Shown in pieces: positions 52,454-64,000 of a stretch of DNA of 64,000 nucleotides. A model generated the notes under the pieces. The model worked only from the letters and a program-made list of their open reading frames with translations. It made no database searches and had not been told where the DNA came from. A program made the position numbers and the translations under genes. Numbering within the stretch: position 1 is the first letter of the stretch; every line of letters begins with the position of its first letter. The stretch spans positions 165,329 through 229,328 of the forward strand of contig MU619273.1 in the NCBI GenBank assembly GCA_025201805.1, given 5' to 3'. Source of the stretch: Parasitella parasitica NRRL 2501 (taxonomy: Eukaryota > Fungi > Mucoromycota).

Positions 52454-53901
52454 CTAATAACTGTGCAACGGTTTTGCGCTGATTTGTGAGATCTGGGTTG
52501 ATCTGATACTACTTTCGCCGCCACTGTCTTCGTCTTCGACGTGAAGCTTGCTGTCTCTATCCAATTGAATGGACGCAAAGTCATATTTATCTTGCTTGAG
52601 GTGCTTGTCAGAGGGCTCAATCGCGTCAAAAGTAAGTTCGGCCGACATATGGTCAGTCGTGTAGATGGTCTTGGTTTTGCCATTAACATCTTTCACGACG
52701 CTTTTCTTGTTTGTTGTGACCTTAAAAACATGGAGAAAAAAAGGTTAGAAACTTGGCTTTTCGTATCATCATGTCGATGGTTACCCAATGTACCGTAACA
52801 GCGTTAATCTTATATAAGATGCACAGATGAAAGGTTAGCTAACTTAAAATGGCAGAAAACAAAAAATAAAATAAAAAACGTACAGTAACATCCACCGTAC
52901 ACATGGTGAGACAGACTAATCCTCTTTCATGCCCCTTGGTAATAACTACGACCAATACGTTGGCAAACGAGATGAGCAGCGATACAACGGAAGCCACCAA
53001 TGTACGGCGAGCTAGCTTATACAGTCTTGATCGCTTCCAATTTGCTCTGGAAGTGAGCCCAATGTTCATCAAAGGCGCCATGAAGAGCCATGTGAGATAC
53101 AAGTTGAAAATCTATATTATAACACAGCCGGAAAGATTAATACAAGTAACACCATGAACATGTCCATTGGACGGTGTTCTACATACGAAATCATAAACCT
53201 ATTTCTGGGATTAGTAAGGAGTTACATGTACATAATACAGTGAGAAATAACTTACAAGTAAAGGAATACTGGCAATCAGCTGCAAGCCAATGGTGCATTT
53301 GCCATCAGCCTCCAAGTAGATGTTTCTGTAAGTCAACTATATTGCATGTTTGACGGCATTGTTAATTCATTGGATTCATGCGATGCGCAGTGTATATACA
53401 TGTACCATTAGTGCAAAGATGATGATGTACGGACACAGCATGGCAAGATGGATTCTATATGACCATGTCTTGAGACGGGATGTCTTGACAGCGGTGACCA
53501 AGTAGACACGCTCAATCAGCCAGGCATAGACTACAATTTTACTACCAGCGTAAAAGATGTCGCAAGAGAGCATGCCCAAAGTACAGGAAGTCATGTTGTC
53601 TGTGGACTAAATGTGAGTTTATTTCGTCAAAATAAAATATATACATTTCAAATTTCTTACTGTTATTAGTGGATACAACAACCGAGGAGGTGAATGCGAA
53701 TGCCCATGATGACAGATACAGTATGATGACCATGAGCCGACCGTAATTGATGGTTTTAAATGTTTCTCCATATGTCTTTGATCCAATAGCAGTAGCCAGG
53801 ACGGTGATGCATACAAGCGAAATTAGTTCGGAAATGATTTCGAGCACATCCGGGCCAACGATGCCCAAATCAATGAAGACTGCATCTGAAGATTCAACCA
53901 T
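52454..53901 (-). CDS. multi-exon 7TM / GPCR-like membrane protein
   Basis: Successive hydrophobic exons; C...SKIVVYAWLIERVYLV, GKCTIGL, GLVCLTMCTVDVT pattern typical of fungal GPCR-like proteins. Confidence 0.65.
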
Positions 53902-54020
53902 ATAGCTTGATGAAGTTTTGGAAAGAAAGCGAGGTAGAGGGAAGGGGGAGCAGAGAGAAGAGAGGTGAAAAGATAAAGATCATTGGAAAAACATGCAATT
54001 CCACGCTTTCTTAAATACTT

Positions 54021-54067
<47 letters not shown>

Positions 54068-54204
54068 TGTCAAAAGCAAATACTCTCCTTTGAACAACAA
54101 TCAACAATTACTGTACAACGGTGCCTTTCCAAAATGCGAAAGCTGTGTAGTGAATAATTAAGGAGAAACACAACAATGAGAAGACAGAGAGAGCTAAGTT
54201 TATT

Positions 54205-54902
54205 TTACTTTTTTTTTGATGCTGGTTTCTTTTCCTCCATTTCCATCTTCAGCAGATCTTCTTGGGCCTTTTTGGCATCCTTTTCACGCTTTTCCAATGC
54301 CCTCTGTTCGTTCTCTTTAGCTTCCTTTGCATCCGCCTCTTCTTGCTTCTTTTTGCGCAAATTTTCCTGATCCAGCATGGACTTCATGTCTAGTTGCATC
54401 TGCTTTTGTTTTTCGTGTTCCAGCATTTGCGCTGCCGTGCTAAAGATGGTTTGTCCCCATCCTTCTTTGAATGTGTTGGCTTCCGTAGCAATGTCTTGCA
54501 ATTCTGCTGTGATTTCCTGCTCGGCGGCAGTGAATTCGCGCCAGAGGTCGTCGCCTATACTACCTGTCTTCATCAATTGTTGCAAGGCTGGCTTTTCTTG
54601 CTGCACTTGCACTAAGCGACGGACAGCTTCCATAGCACGGCGCAAGAGAGAGGCACGCAAATGGTGCTCAGGAACAGCTGGCTCGCAATTTAAAAGAGCA
54701 ATGTATTCCTCTTTTTGAGTGTTGATAGGAAACCACGCTTCGATGGACTGAAGCACTGTTTTGAGATGAATTTAATATACACGCTTTGTGTCTGTCTGCT
54801 GCCCATAATCTTACTTGTGGCTCTTCGATACACATATGAGAACGCACTCATGGCGGCAATGCATCCTCCAAGATAAACAGTGGGTAACAGCAAAGAGCTC
54901 AT
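54205..54902 (-). CDS. SEC66: translocation protein Sec66/Sec71 (2 exons)
   Basis: N-terminal TM then WFP, LRASLLRRA, GSIGDDLW, EANTFKEGWGQTIF. Confidence 0.88.
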
Positions 54903-55080
54903 TGTACTAGCCGTGCTTTTTTTTCTTTTTTTTGTTAAATGGGAAATACAAAAAAGAAAGAAAGGGGGGAGGGGCAATTACAAATTTTATTAAATAACTC
55001 ATCACCCACAGCAAACAGGTTGATGTATTGATTCATGATTGGCCTAAATAGGGCTATTGCAACCATGGTGACTTGTCAAA

Positions 55081-58000
55081 TCACTCACCAAGGAGCCATT
55101 CAACCATGGCCACTTCCTCTTGATCTTCCCATTCACAATCTTGCAAGAACCACTCTTCATCGCCATCTACCTCGCCATGCTCATCATCATCGTCATCATC
55201 ATTATTACCATAGCTCTTGGGCTCCTTGATTACGTCAGTTTGGACGCCTTGATCAATGCCGACGGGTCGATGCGGTTGCGCAATGGTCGGTTTCTTTGGC
55301 GATAAAATAGTAGAAGTACGCTCAATTGCGGAAGGATCTTGCTGTAGGTACAAGAATCTTTCTCTTCGAGGCATGTGAGATACTCTTTGATGGTCGTCCA
55401 GCGTAGACGCTCTCTCAAATTTGAGCACCTTGTCTAAAACCGCATTGTTGTTGTTGTTGTTTGACGATGATCCGTCTTGATGCTGTTCGTTTGCTTGATG
55501 TTGCTGCTGCTGTTTCTGCTGCTGCTGCTGTTGACGCAATTGCCTCAGCACAGATCGGCGTTGAGCAGCAGGTGGGATAGCGCTGTTGTCACTCTCTTCG
55601 GATTTCAATATGTCGTCCCATTGCTTGATGGATACGCTAACAGATCCAACCGTAGACACTCTATGTCGCAGCAAAATGTCTTCGTGCATGGACTTTCTGC
55701 GATTGTTGCTGATCATAGATGCCCGCTTTGCTACCATACTGGATGGTCTTTCGGGAGACAAGGTAGATGTCTTTTTTCGTGGTATGACTCCGTTGCTATT
55801 GGGCGTAGTTTGGGGTATTTCCGTTATTGAAGACACGTTAGGGAGCTCAAAAGCATCGGAAGAAACGTCAGTGGGGACGGGATCAATGTTTAGCGTTGAC
55901 ATGCCCAGTTGTTTGCCAGATTTGCTGTTATCAAAACGAACCTGTCGTGCTGCTGCTAATGCTGGTGATAATGTCAGAACGTCGCTCTCAGTGCCATTCA
56001 TCTGCTGAGGCTCCTCACTCAACGCTTTTGCGGGCGGTGCATTCACATCATCATTCAATGTCACTACCGTGGTCGGCATGGGTTCATCCACCACAGCAGA
56101 CGCCAAATCTTTTTGCATTTGCTCCTCTTTTAATTTCCTCAAATTTTCGCGGCTCTTTCTGCTACTCACACTGCTTCTGCGAATGACCATTCCATTGGTA
56201 TTCATTGCACTAGCGCTCACAGCATTTGTAGTACTGGACTTTGTAGGTTGAGGTATGGGCGGTTCCTGGATGGCGATGGTGGTACCGTTGACCACAGGCA
56301 AAGGCATACTAGCTACGGATGAGATGGTGGATGGAATGGAATCGTTGCTGCTGTTATTTGTGCTCGTCGTTAAGGAATCAGTATTAGCTTCGACAGCTTT
56401 GATGGAAGCTGGTATTTTAGGTGGAGAAGGCGGTAACTTTCCTAAAGGTGTGATTGCGGTAGGCTTTGGAGTAGGTGGAGGTGATTTTCTCGTGCTGCGA
56501 ATTGACGGCGGTTTACTAGAAGGGGTAGCAGCATTAAGCTTGGGTGATTTGATGCTTCCGGGCGGTTGGATTAAGGGCGAGGCAATAGGAACTGTTGCAG
56601 GTAAAAAATCTGAAGATAACAGAGGCGGGGGAGGCTTTGGAGCATTTCGAGGGTTTTCGAATCTGCTCACATCATTGACAACAAAGCTCTTTCTACCCAG
56701 TGGCGAAGTTGGTGTCTGAGGACGAGCATTGATTTTGGGCACTTCAATAGACATTTTGGGCTTGTGGGGGCCCACTTCTTGGGCATTTTGACCATCTGGG
56801 GCTTGGTTATTACCATGATTCGATAGGGAAACTGGAAGAGACATTGAATGTGGCAGCTTATTAGTCTGTAAATTTTGATATTGATGAGATATCAAAGGTG
56901 ATGATGGTCGTGAGGGAAGTCCGTTTACAGCGGACAATCTGGGCGAGTTTGAGCATGTCGAGCGGCGCTCCCAAGTTGGCTTTGGAGGCGTAAATTCGTC
57001 TTTATGTTCGATGGATCGTAGCCTGTTTGGCGTAAGCGACACTTTGACAGTGCCGCCCGACTTGATGAGATCGTCGAAATTCATGGCATGTGAAGCATTT
57101 GGGTCGTAGAGTGAATTAAGAGACGTCGCACGTGGTAGCATATCTCCATTAAAGGAATTGCGATTACTCTTGAAAAGATGGAACGTTGATTTTCTATTGC
57201 TGTTGATGCTGTAAGAACTTGCGCTAGTTGCTGTTGCGCTCGAGAAGGACATGGCGGAATGTGGCCGAGGGATCTCATGCGCCCTGGCTGCAGTTGATGC
57301 TGTGCTTTTTCGCGGATTGCTATCTTCAAAATAGTCCAAGTCGAGATCGTCAAATGTTATGTCCAGGAATGAACCTGTTTCGTCTGTGTAACGACAGCAA
57401 TTGAGTTTACCTGATATTTATACAGAAGAAAATGCGGTGAAAAACTTACTCTGTTGATCATTGGAATAGCTCTTCCTATTATTATCTGTAGCCGCAGTGG
57501 TGGTTGGTAAATAGGACGCTCTTGGGGTATTTGTATTCGAGAAACCAGCTCTTTTCTATTTTTCTTTGTATAAGTATGTCTGTATGCCGCCAGTTTGATT
57601 TCGCGCTGATTTACCTCCATCTTTTCCTTCAAATCCATTCTATAAAATACATCACCCAGCTGTATATCGTCTACCAGTGCTAAAAACACCTCCTTGACAC
57701 GAACGTAGTCTGTATCCTCATGCTCGGCTGTCATGGCAACAGCTGTCAAGAGATATTCTGCAATATGCTCCATGACAGTAGTTACATAAATAGCCACAAT
57801 AGGCGAGATGGCCACCTTTGCGTTTGCGTCGTTCCTTTTGTGCCGTAGACTCTTTTGCAAATGTATTTGATCATCTTTGTCGGCCAATGTGCAATACTCG
57901 AAGCATTTTTCTCGCAAGAGCGACACAGCTTCGTCCAGAGGAAAATCCTTTCCAGCCAAGTTCCGCATGCGCTCGTACAAATCGTAGTCAATACTTTCGG

Positions 58001-58256
58001 TTTCTGTAAAGGTCTTGATTTCCAGCTCTGCTTCCACAATAGCGTTCCTCCCTAGCGTGGAGGGCAGTAGGCTGACGACTACCGACTTGATTTGAGATAG
58101 ATCCAGCGACAGCGAACAATTCAGCAGCAGCATTATGAATTCATCCAGGAATTGGTTTATAGCCTGCAAAGCATCGGTTGACACTCGAAAAGGTCCAATC
58201 TCGGATATTATGGCATTGGCAGCTCTTTGGCAAATATAATGCTCATCTGACATCAT
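55081..58256 (-). CDS. large protein with N-terminal tandem histone-fold-like region and long Ser/Pro-rich disordered tail (multi-exon)
   Basis: RVSTDALQAINQFLDE...LPSTLGRNA (H2B-like) and SPIVAIYVTTVMEHIAEYLL...VKEVFLALVDD (H2A-like); short introns between 57350 and 57620. Confidence 0.65.
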
Positions 58257-58698
58257 GTGTGATTAGAGAGAGATAGAGAGAGAGAAAAAGAGAAAAAGAT
58301 TAGTAAAACTGTAATATTCTGCAAGCTATTTTAAGGTACCTAATGTCATTAGTTGTATATATATTAAAAGGGGGAGGCGATATTAGTAAGGGGAGGAGGG
58401 ATTCTGAGCGGGGGAATAATATGTAGCGTATTGATAATATGTATGTATAAGCCGAGAATAATTGATGCTCGATGTCTGTATACTCTTCAGAATAGCATCA
58501 AATAACGAGAGAGAGAAAGATAGTGAGGAAGAGAGGAGGGAAGAAGAGGAGAGACAAGAGCCTGTTTATCATCCCCCTTTTTCTTCACCTTGTTGCATCT
58601 TTCTCACTGAGTTATAAGTTGATAATATGATTTGTGTAACTGTTCATTTGCTAAAGTAAATCATTTATCCTTTATTCATACACTAAGCTGTGTATCCG

Positions 58699-59196
58699 TC
58701 ACCACTTGCTAAAATTATCCGTCCAAGACACATCCTGGCTGGAGCTGGTCTGATTTTGCTGATATCTTTTCAATGAATGCTGGTAGTGCTCCCATTCCAG
58801 GTTTTGTTTTAAGCTCTCCGAGAGAGGATCTGATGAGGCTGCTGCAGCTGCTGCTAGATTGGAGGAGGAAGGAGGAACTGGCATTGACAGCGATTTCTGC
58901 ACGGTTATGCGTGTTGGCATTGTAATGCTACTGCATTGCTCTGTCGGTGATACCGATGACGAGGAAAATAAGCTGGATAAAAGAGATGTCGTAGAGTATG
59001 GTTTATTAGGCCGCTTCTTTTGAAAATCGGATTGATAGGCAAATTCAAGTTCCTCATCAAACTCATCGTCGAAATCATCATCCTCTGTTGTGCATTCATT
59101 GTCTAGTAAATCCATAATATTCTGTCTATTTTCTGGCATTTTACTGTGGGTAATACCATCATTTGGCGTTTTTCTGAATTCTAATTCTGAAGGCAT
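58699..59196 (-). CDS. small Ser-rich protein with DUF3295-like C-terminal motif
   Basis: SLLSSLF and LSESLKQNLEWEH resemble the recalled fungal ELTESLRxxLLWE motif; terminal Trp. Confidence 0.55.
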   Translation of the reverse strand: MPSELEFRKTPNDGITHSKMPENRQNIMDLLDNECTTEDDDFDDEFDEELEFAYQSDFQKKRPNKPYSTTSLLSSLFSSSSVSPTEQCSSITMPTRITVQKSLSMPVPPSSSNLAAAAAASSDPLSESLKQNLEWEHYQHSLKRYQQNQTSSSQDVSWTDNFSKW

Positions 59197-59989
59197 TGCT
59201 ATTAATGCAGTTCTATAAAAAAGAATAACAATCCAAGTTTTATATGTGGTCTCGTAAAGGCGACTGGGTGAGACACTTTTTTTTCCTCGGAAAATCATTC
59301 GAGTGTCATGTCGGATTCATTTTATGCTTCTGCTCATCATATAGTAATCTGAAAGCCGATGGTCTTATGAGATGATCTTCTGATCGTGTCGATCTGCCAT
59401 AGTCTTTCGCAAATCACCAGATAAAACGTTAATTTCATAAAAAATGAGTCTTTAAAAAAAACACATATACATGAACGTTTCTGACATGCCAATAAAATGC
59501 TTTGATTTACAGATCATCACTATCATATCCATGCATTGTTTAGTCCGGGTCGTTCAGTTGCATAAGCCAAACCCCTATATTAAAAAAGAATGCAGCAGAT
59601 ACAAAGTTGCCGAAGTGAAGGATAAAATAAAAAATGTGTTACAAGCTCTCTGAGCCGCGCTTAATTTTCAATGTACCAAAAATAATGGTATTACTTATTT
59701 TCTCAGATCTTTGAAGCTAAGCAATATATTCAATTTTTTTTTTCTGGGAGGGATTTGATATAAAAACCAACTAATATGTAAAAAGATAACTCGAAAGAAC
59801 CATCTTTTAAACCAGGGTTGGGATTGTACCACTTCCTCACCCTTCGCTTCGGCAGATTTGGTATTGTTTGTTGTGCCTAACAGCCCTCGCTTCGGATTCC
59901 AAAGTGGCATGGCTGCTTGCATGAATCCTGGATGATCGGTTTATAGTAGTATTTTTCAAATGTATAGGAACCTTGATCCAGCGGCTTTC

Positions 59990-60262
59990 GCTTGTTTATT
60001 GTGTTGAACAAACGGGGGAAAGATTTGATCCTTAAAACTGCGGATTATAGATTTTTGATCCCTTCTAGACAACTTTGGAGGTCTTCCCGTGCGTTTCTCA
60101 ACGGTTCCTTTGCCAATTTTCTCAGATCTGTTGACGCAATGGCGGATGGTATATACAGGGATTTCTCATTTCTCGTTCAATCTCTACGATCTTCTGCCCT
60201 GCAATTTTCCTGCCAATGATTATACTGCAAGTGTAATCATCGAGTTGTTGGCGATACTTTGG
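59990..60262 (-). mobile_element. degenerate Tc1/mariner transposase N-terminal fragment (frameshifted)
   Basis: Manual translation: QLDDYTCSIIIGRKIAGQKIVEIEREM / EIPVYTIRHCVNRSEKIGKGTVEKRTGRPPKLSRRDQKSIIRSFK, i.e. paired-like HTH plus GRPxK linker. Confidence 0.65.
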
Positions 60263-61094
60263 TAATATCTGAGAGTGCCAAATGTTGCTTATGCTTCAAA
60301 ATATTTTTATCTGTAGTATTAGAGGAATGACAACATGCGAAGCATATCAAGTTATAATTTGAAAACACTTTGATAACAAGATAGTAAAAGGGTGGAAGCA
60401 AAACTAGAATGCAAGCTCATCAGCTTTATTGCAACCAAAACACACTAAACATTCATTCATTAGCAACAATATTTATAACACCAACATGTTTTCCGTACTC
60501 GTCGTACCATGCAGGGTAATTTTATCTCTTTAATTTTTTTTGTGATCAGAAAAATTGCACATAAGTTTGTAAATCCATAATGTCAAATATAAGCTGTTTT
60601 CGCAGAGCAGAAAAGAAGATTCTGCAGTTTTTTCGAATGCAACAAATAGTTGAAAAAAGTTAATTACAATACAAAAGAAAACCTGCCTAAAAATAATTTG
60701 AAAGACTCTCCTGATTTATTAGTCAAATATCAAGTATTTTCAATTGTATTTTACCAACAAACAAGGAGACTTTCAAGTTTCGAAGACCTTTTTTCCGCAT
60801 TGTTTCTCTTTATCTAATTGAAAAAGGGTCTAGTAACAAAAGTTGATACTTTTAAAGGACGGTATTTGATAAAATCTATCAAAGAGACGACTAGTCAATC
60901 CATTTTTGCTAAATCAAATCGCAAACCCTTTTGACAGCTTGGCTTATCTCTGGCCAAATTACATCTCTATCAATACTCAAGTCAAAAGACGCTATCGATT
61001 ATTTGGTAAAAGACATAGAAAATGCTCCAAACTTGCAACACTGTTCCATTTCAAGATTTCGCTTAGCATTCATTGATTTGGATCACTTGTATAG

Positions 61095-61360
61095 TGTATG
61101 TCAAATTCTTGGAGTACTTCATGAGTTCATCCTGTTGCCATAACCATCAGCTCCCAAAGGCGCTGATATATGAACGATAGGCGCTCTATCAGCCAGAAAA
61201 AATATCAAAAATGCAGAAATGCTTATTTTTATTGCCTCATTCGCATAGCGATGTATCTTTCAAGGGGATGTGTTCGAAAAAAATACAAGGATATTGAAAG
61301 CGAGCGTATTCAACTCATAAAAGAAGCTCATAAATCAGGTCATTTTGGTGAGAGCATTGT
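61095..61360 (+). mobile_element. degenerate LTR-retrotransposon integrase fragments
   Basis: ERIQLIKEAHKSGHFG resembles the HH half of the integrase zinc finger; CQILGVLHEF..P*P...G resembles the integrase core. Short and disrupted. Confidence 0.45.
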
Positions 61361-61500
61361 AATTACTGATGATTATGAGGCCAAGAAGTCTCCTGCCTTG
61401 ACTATTTTTTTAAAGGCTGCTTCAAATTAAAGCGACTTTAATCTCTATTTTTATACGGTACAAGAGGCACCCTCAGGACACTAGTTCGGGAGTCCCACAT

Positions 61501-63143
61501 TATAAGGACAGCCTGCTTGAGCTGTTCAATAAACTCACTTGCAATAATAATAACTCAAATGAAATTCGTGCAAAGATTAAAAAAAAGGTAAGTTTTAACT
61601 GTTAACTTTCTTTAGTTTCTACGTTATATTATTTGCTGTTACTATGGGAATCTATATCGATTTAAAAAATGGTATACAATGAGTTAATATTGAAAAGCAT
61701 ACTGATGCATTAACTCTTCTCCTTACGATCTTTTATTTAGAAATACACTTAAGCCTCGTATCCCAAAGTAAAGATCGATCTAATGTTTCGTGGAATATAT
61801 TCGTTTCCGAGATGCGATCATTAATGCTTTCGAGATATGATAACACGCCTATGAGTGACTATAAAGCCGTTTGGAAGCAAGCGTTTAAGAACGCTGCTAA
61901 TAGCTTATCTTATTCCATTGAATCGAACGAACAAGAAGATACATGGAATGAGGAAATCATTGATGCCCTCAAAGAAACAAAAACTTCAGAATCGAACTTT
62001 GATGAATCTTGTCATAAATTATGTACCTCGACTTCATCACTATTATACCAAAAAAAATTGTTACCAGTTGACTATTCGAACATGTCTGAAGTTTTTTCTA
62101 AACTTACAAAGAAGTGGAAATTAAAATCTGGGAGAATGGTAGAAGATGTTGTCTTTAAAGCTTCGAAAGAATTCATTGTAGAACAGTAAATACCTTGAAT
62201 TTTTATTTATATTACTTTATTTGTTTTTCAGTAACTAACACTGGTTTAGTCCTGCTCATTCTTTTATATTTAATACAAAAGATCCAGCTTGGAAAGAAGC
62301 CTTCTCACAATCTGAGTTTGATGAAATAGAGGCTGCAGGAAACATCTTCCAATTCAACAAGCCGTTCCCTTCTGACTTACAAAACATCATACTCAAACTG
62401 AATAAAAAGGTAAACTCAAAGCATGAGTTGTACTACACATCTACTTACCTTATGTTTTAAAAGTCTAACTTTAGGGACATCTATGATGCAGTTGCCACTG
62501 TTGAAGCTCACCCAATTGATAATCCAGACAAATTCTGGTTAAAGCAAAGCATTTTAAACTATGCAATGCTGTTTATAGATAATGAAGTTCTATTACCATC
62601 AGAGACGGAACAAGATTTACTTGACGATGTATTCGGTTTTATAAAAACAAGCTGTAGACTTAGTGGAACTAAAGCTTATGGGTAAGAACATTCTATTGTT
62701 TGTACTTTGTTTAAACAATTAATTTGACTTATATGCTTTAATAGCGCTAAACAAAGTCAATCATCAAGTGAATGTAAAAACTCAACAAGATCAATAGGTT
62801 CTTTATCAAAAGTTCAACGGAAGCAGTCGGCTGAAAATGCTGATTTAAGCTTTAAATATATTTCTCATGAACTTTTCTGTCTCGAGATTGGCCTCAAGGA
62901 TCATGGCCCAAACGATACCAAAGAATTGAATGAAAGTTCAATTAAAATACCATTAATGATGAAAAACTTCTATTTACATCTTATTTCTCAATATAAAATG
63001 AATCCAAATGGAATCAAAATAATGGGTATTATTATTAGTGGTAAGAAAAAGAAAATCAAAACTGGATAGTGTAAAATCAGGCAATGCTTTCATGGACAAC
63101 AAAAAAATCGTTTTTTTTAAAAAAAAAAAAAAAAAAAAAAGTC

Positions 63144-63199
<56 letters not shown>

Positions 63200-63528
63200 T
63201 GTTCAAATTAAAGATTTATCTCCCGTGTTTAGGCCCCAATATCAAAGCTTTGGGAATGTCGTTTAATAATGGATCCATGTCGCTTCTTTCTATCTCTGAT
63301 AGACTTCATATGCCCGAATCTATTTGTGAAATACCACGCCTTCTTCCTCCGGTATTGAATCTCATATACAATTTAAACAAAGTGCTTAAATCAACTGCTA
63401 ATGAATTGAAGGAGATGAACTCTTCTGTTTCCATCGAGCCGAAAATCAAGTTTTCTCTCCCCCCTTGCTTCGTCCCTGTTGCCGCGACAACTATCAATAA
63501 GAAGAGAAAGTCAAAAGAAAACCATTAG
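61501..63528 (+). CDS. multi-exon PD-(D/E)xK restriction-endonuclease-fold protein (Crinkler-effector-like C-terminal domain); 5' end uncertain or degenerate
   Basis: KWKLKSGRMVED...EH|PAHSFIL...W...FSQSEFDEI; later RKQSAENADLSFKYISHELFCLEIG...TKELNESSIKIPLMMKN...IMGIIISG|PNIKALGM; the downstream GT-AG introns keep frame. Confidence 0.6.
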
Positions 63529-64000
63529 TACCTCCTTCAGCTTCCATTTATTTTATTATTACCTCTATTATTGTTATCGCCTATGCTATTGTCACTTATA
63601 TTACTAGTACTCATCACTTATCATCGCTTCTATTATATCATGTGTAGCAACCCCCCAATTATTTTATATTCAATAAATTACTTCAGTACGTTTAACAGCC
63701 GTCATTTTATTCTTTTTTTATTGTAGATAGATTGAGACAATGAACTAGGCATACTTCGAGAAGATGGCCATCACAATGATTGCTAAAATTAACAAACGAA
63801 CAAATACATAAGTACAGAACAATTAAGTCTTCTTTAGTTTCAAAGCAAAAAGCTCTTACTAGCAGGAATAACCACGAGAAGGTAGAGACTATGTATTCCC
63901 AAAAATGTTGTAAATTAAGCTACGGGCTGGAGAATGAAAACCCAGTAGAGGTAAACAAGGCATCCAGTCATCACGAAATTTAGAACAAACCCCACAGATC

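Noticed and set aside
61430-61560. Solo LTR (TATAA plus AATAAA)
   Set aside because: No second copy or TG...CA ends; the same bases read as an open exon ending in a GTAAG donor of the downstream gene.

Overview
Intron-rich, AT-rich eukaryotic genomic DNA from a Mucorales (Mucoromycota) fungus. The assignment is inferred from the short GT-AG introns, a Mucorales-type CYP51 F5, Rab3GAP and several Mucorales-style gene families. Most of the window holds about 30 housekeeping or signalling genes: Nrd1/Seb1, Rab3GAP1, DPM1, a HARE-HTH/PP2C fusion, Myb/U-box, F-box/LRR, PSD2, LysM-3D, an OB-fold protein, cAMP PDE, RGS, KH, PRPP synthetase, PKA catalytic subunit, CYP51, Apq12-like, a 7TM protein and Sec66. 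The standout is a ~4.8 kb unit (about 45226-50004) bounded by inverted repeats that are themselves the 5' ends of two inward-facing paralogous ORFs. It ends in an intron-containing serine-resolvase-like gene (GYCRKS) and carries a captured fragment of a positive-strand RNA virus replicase (tobamo/virga-like superfamily-1 helicase, motifs I-IV) inside one open frame of about 900 codons. The right end of the window has Tc1 and retro-integrase relics and a PD-(D/E)xK nuclease-like gene. Two N gaps (33766-33775, 46300-46689) and long homopolymers limit certainty. All family assignments come from recalled motifs, not from database searches.
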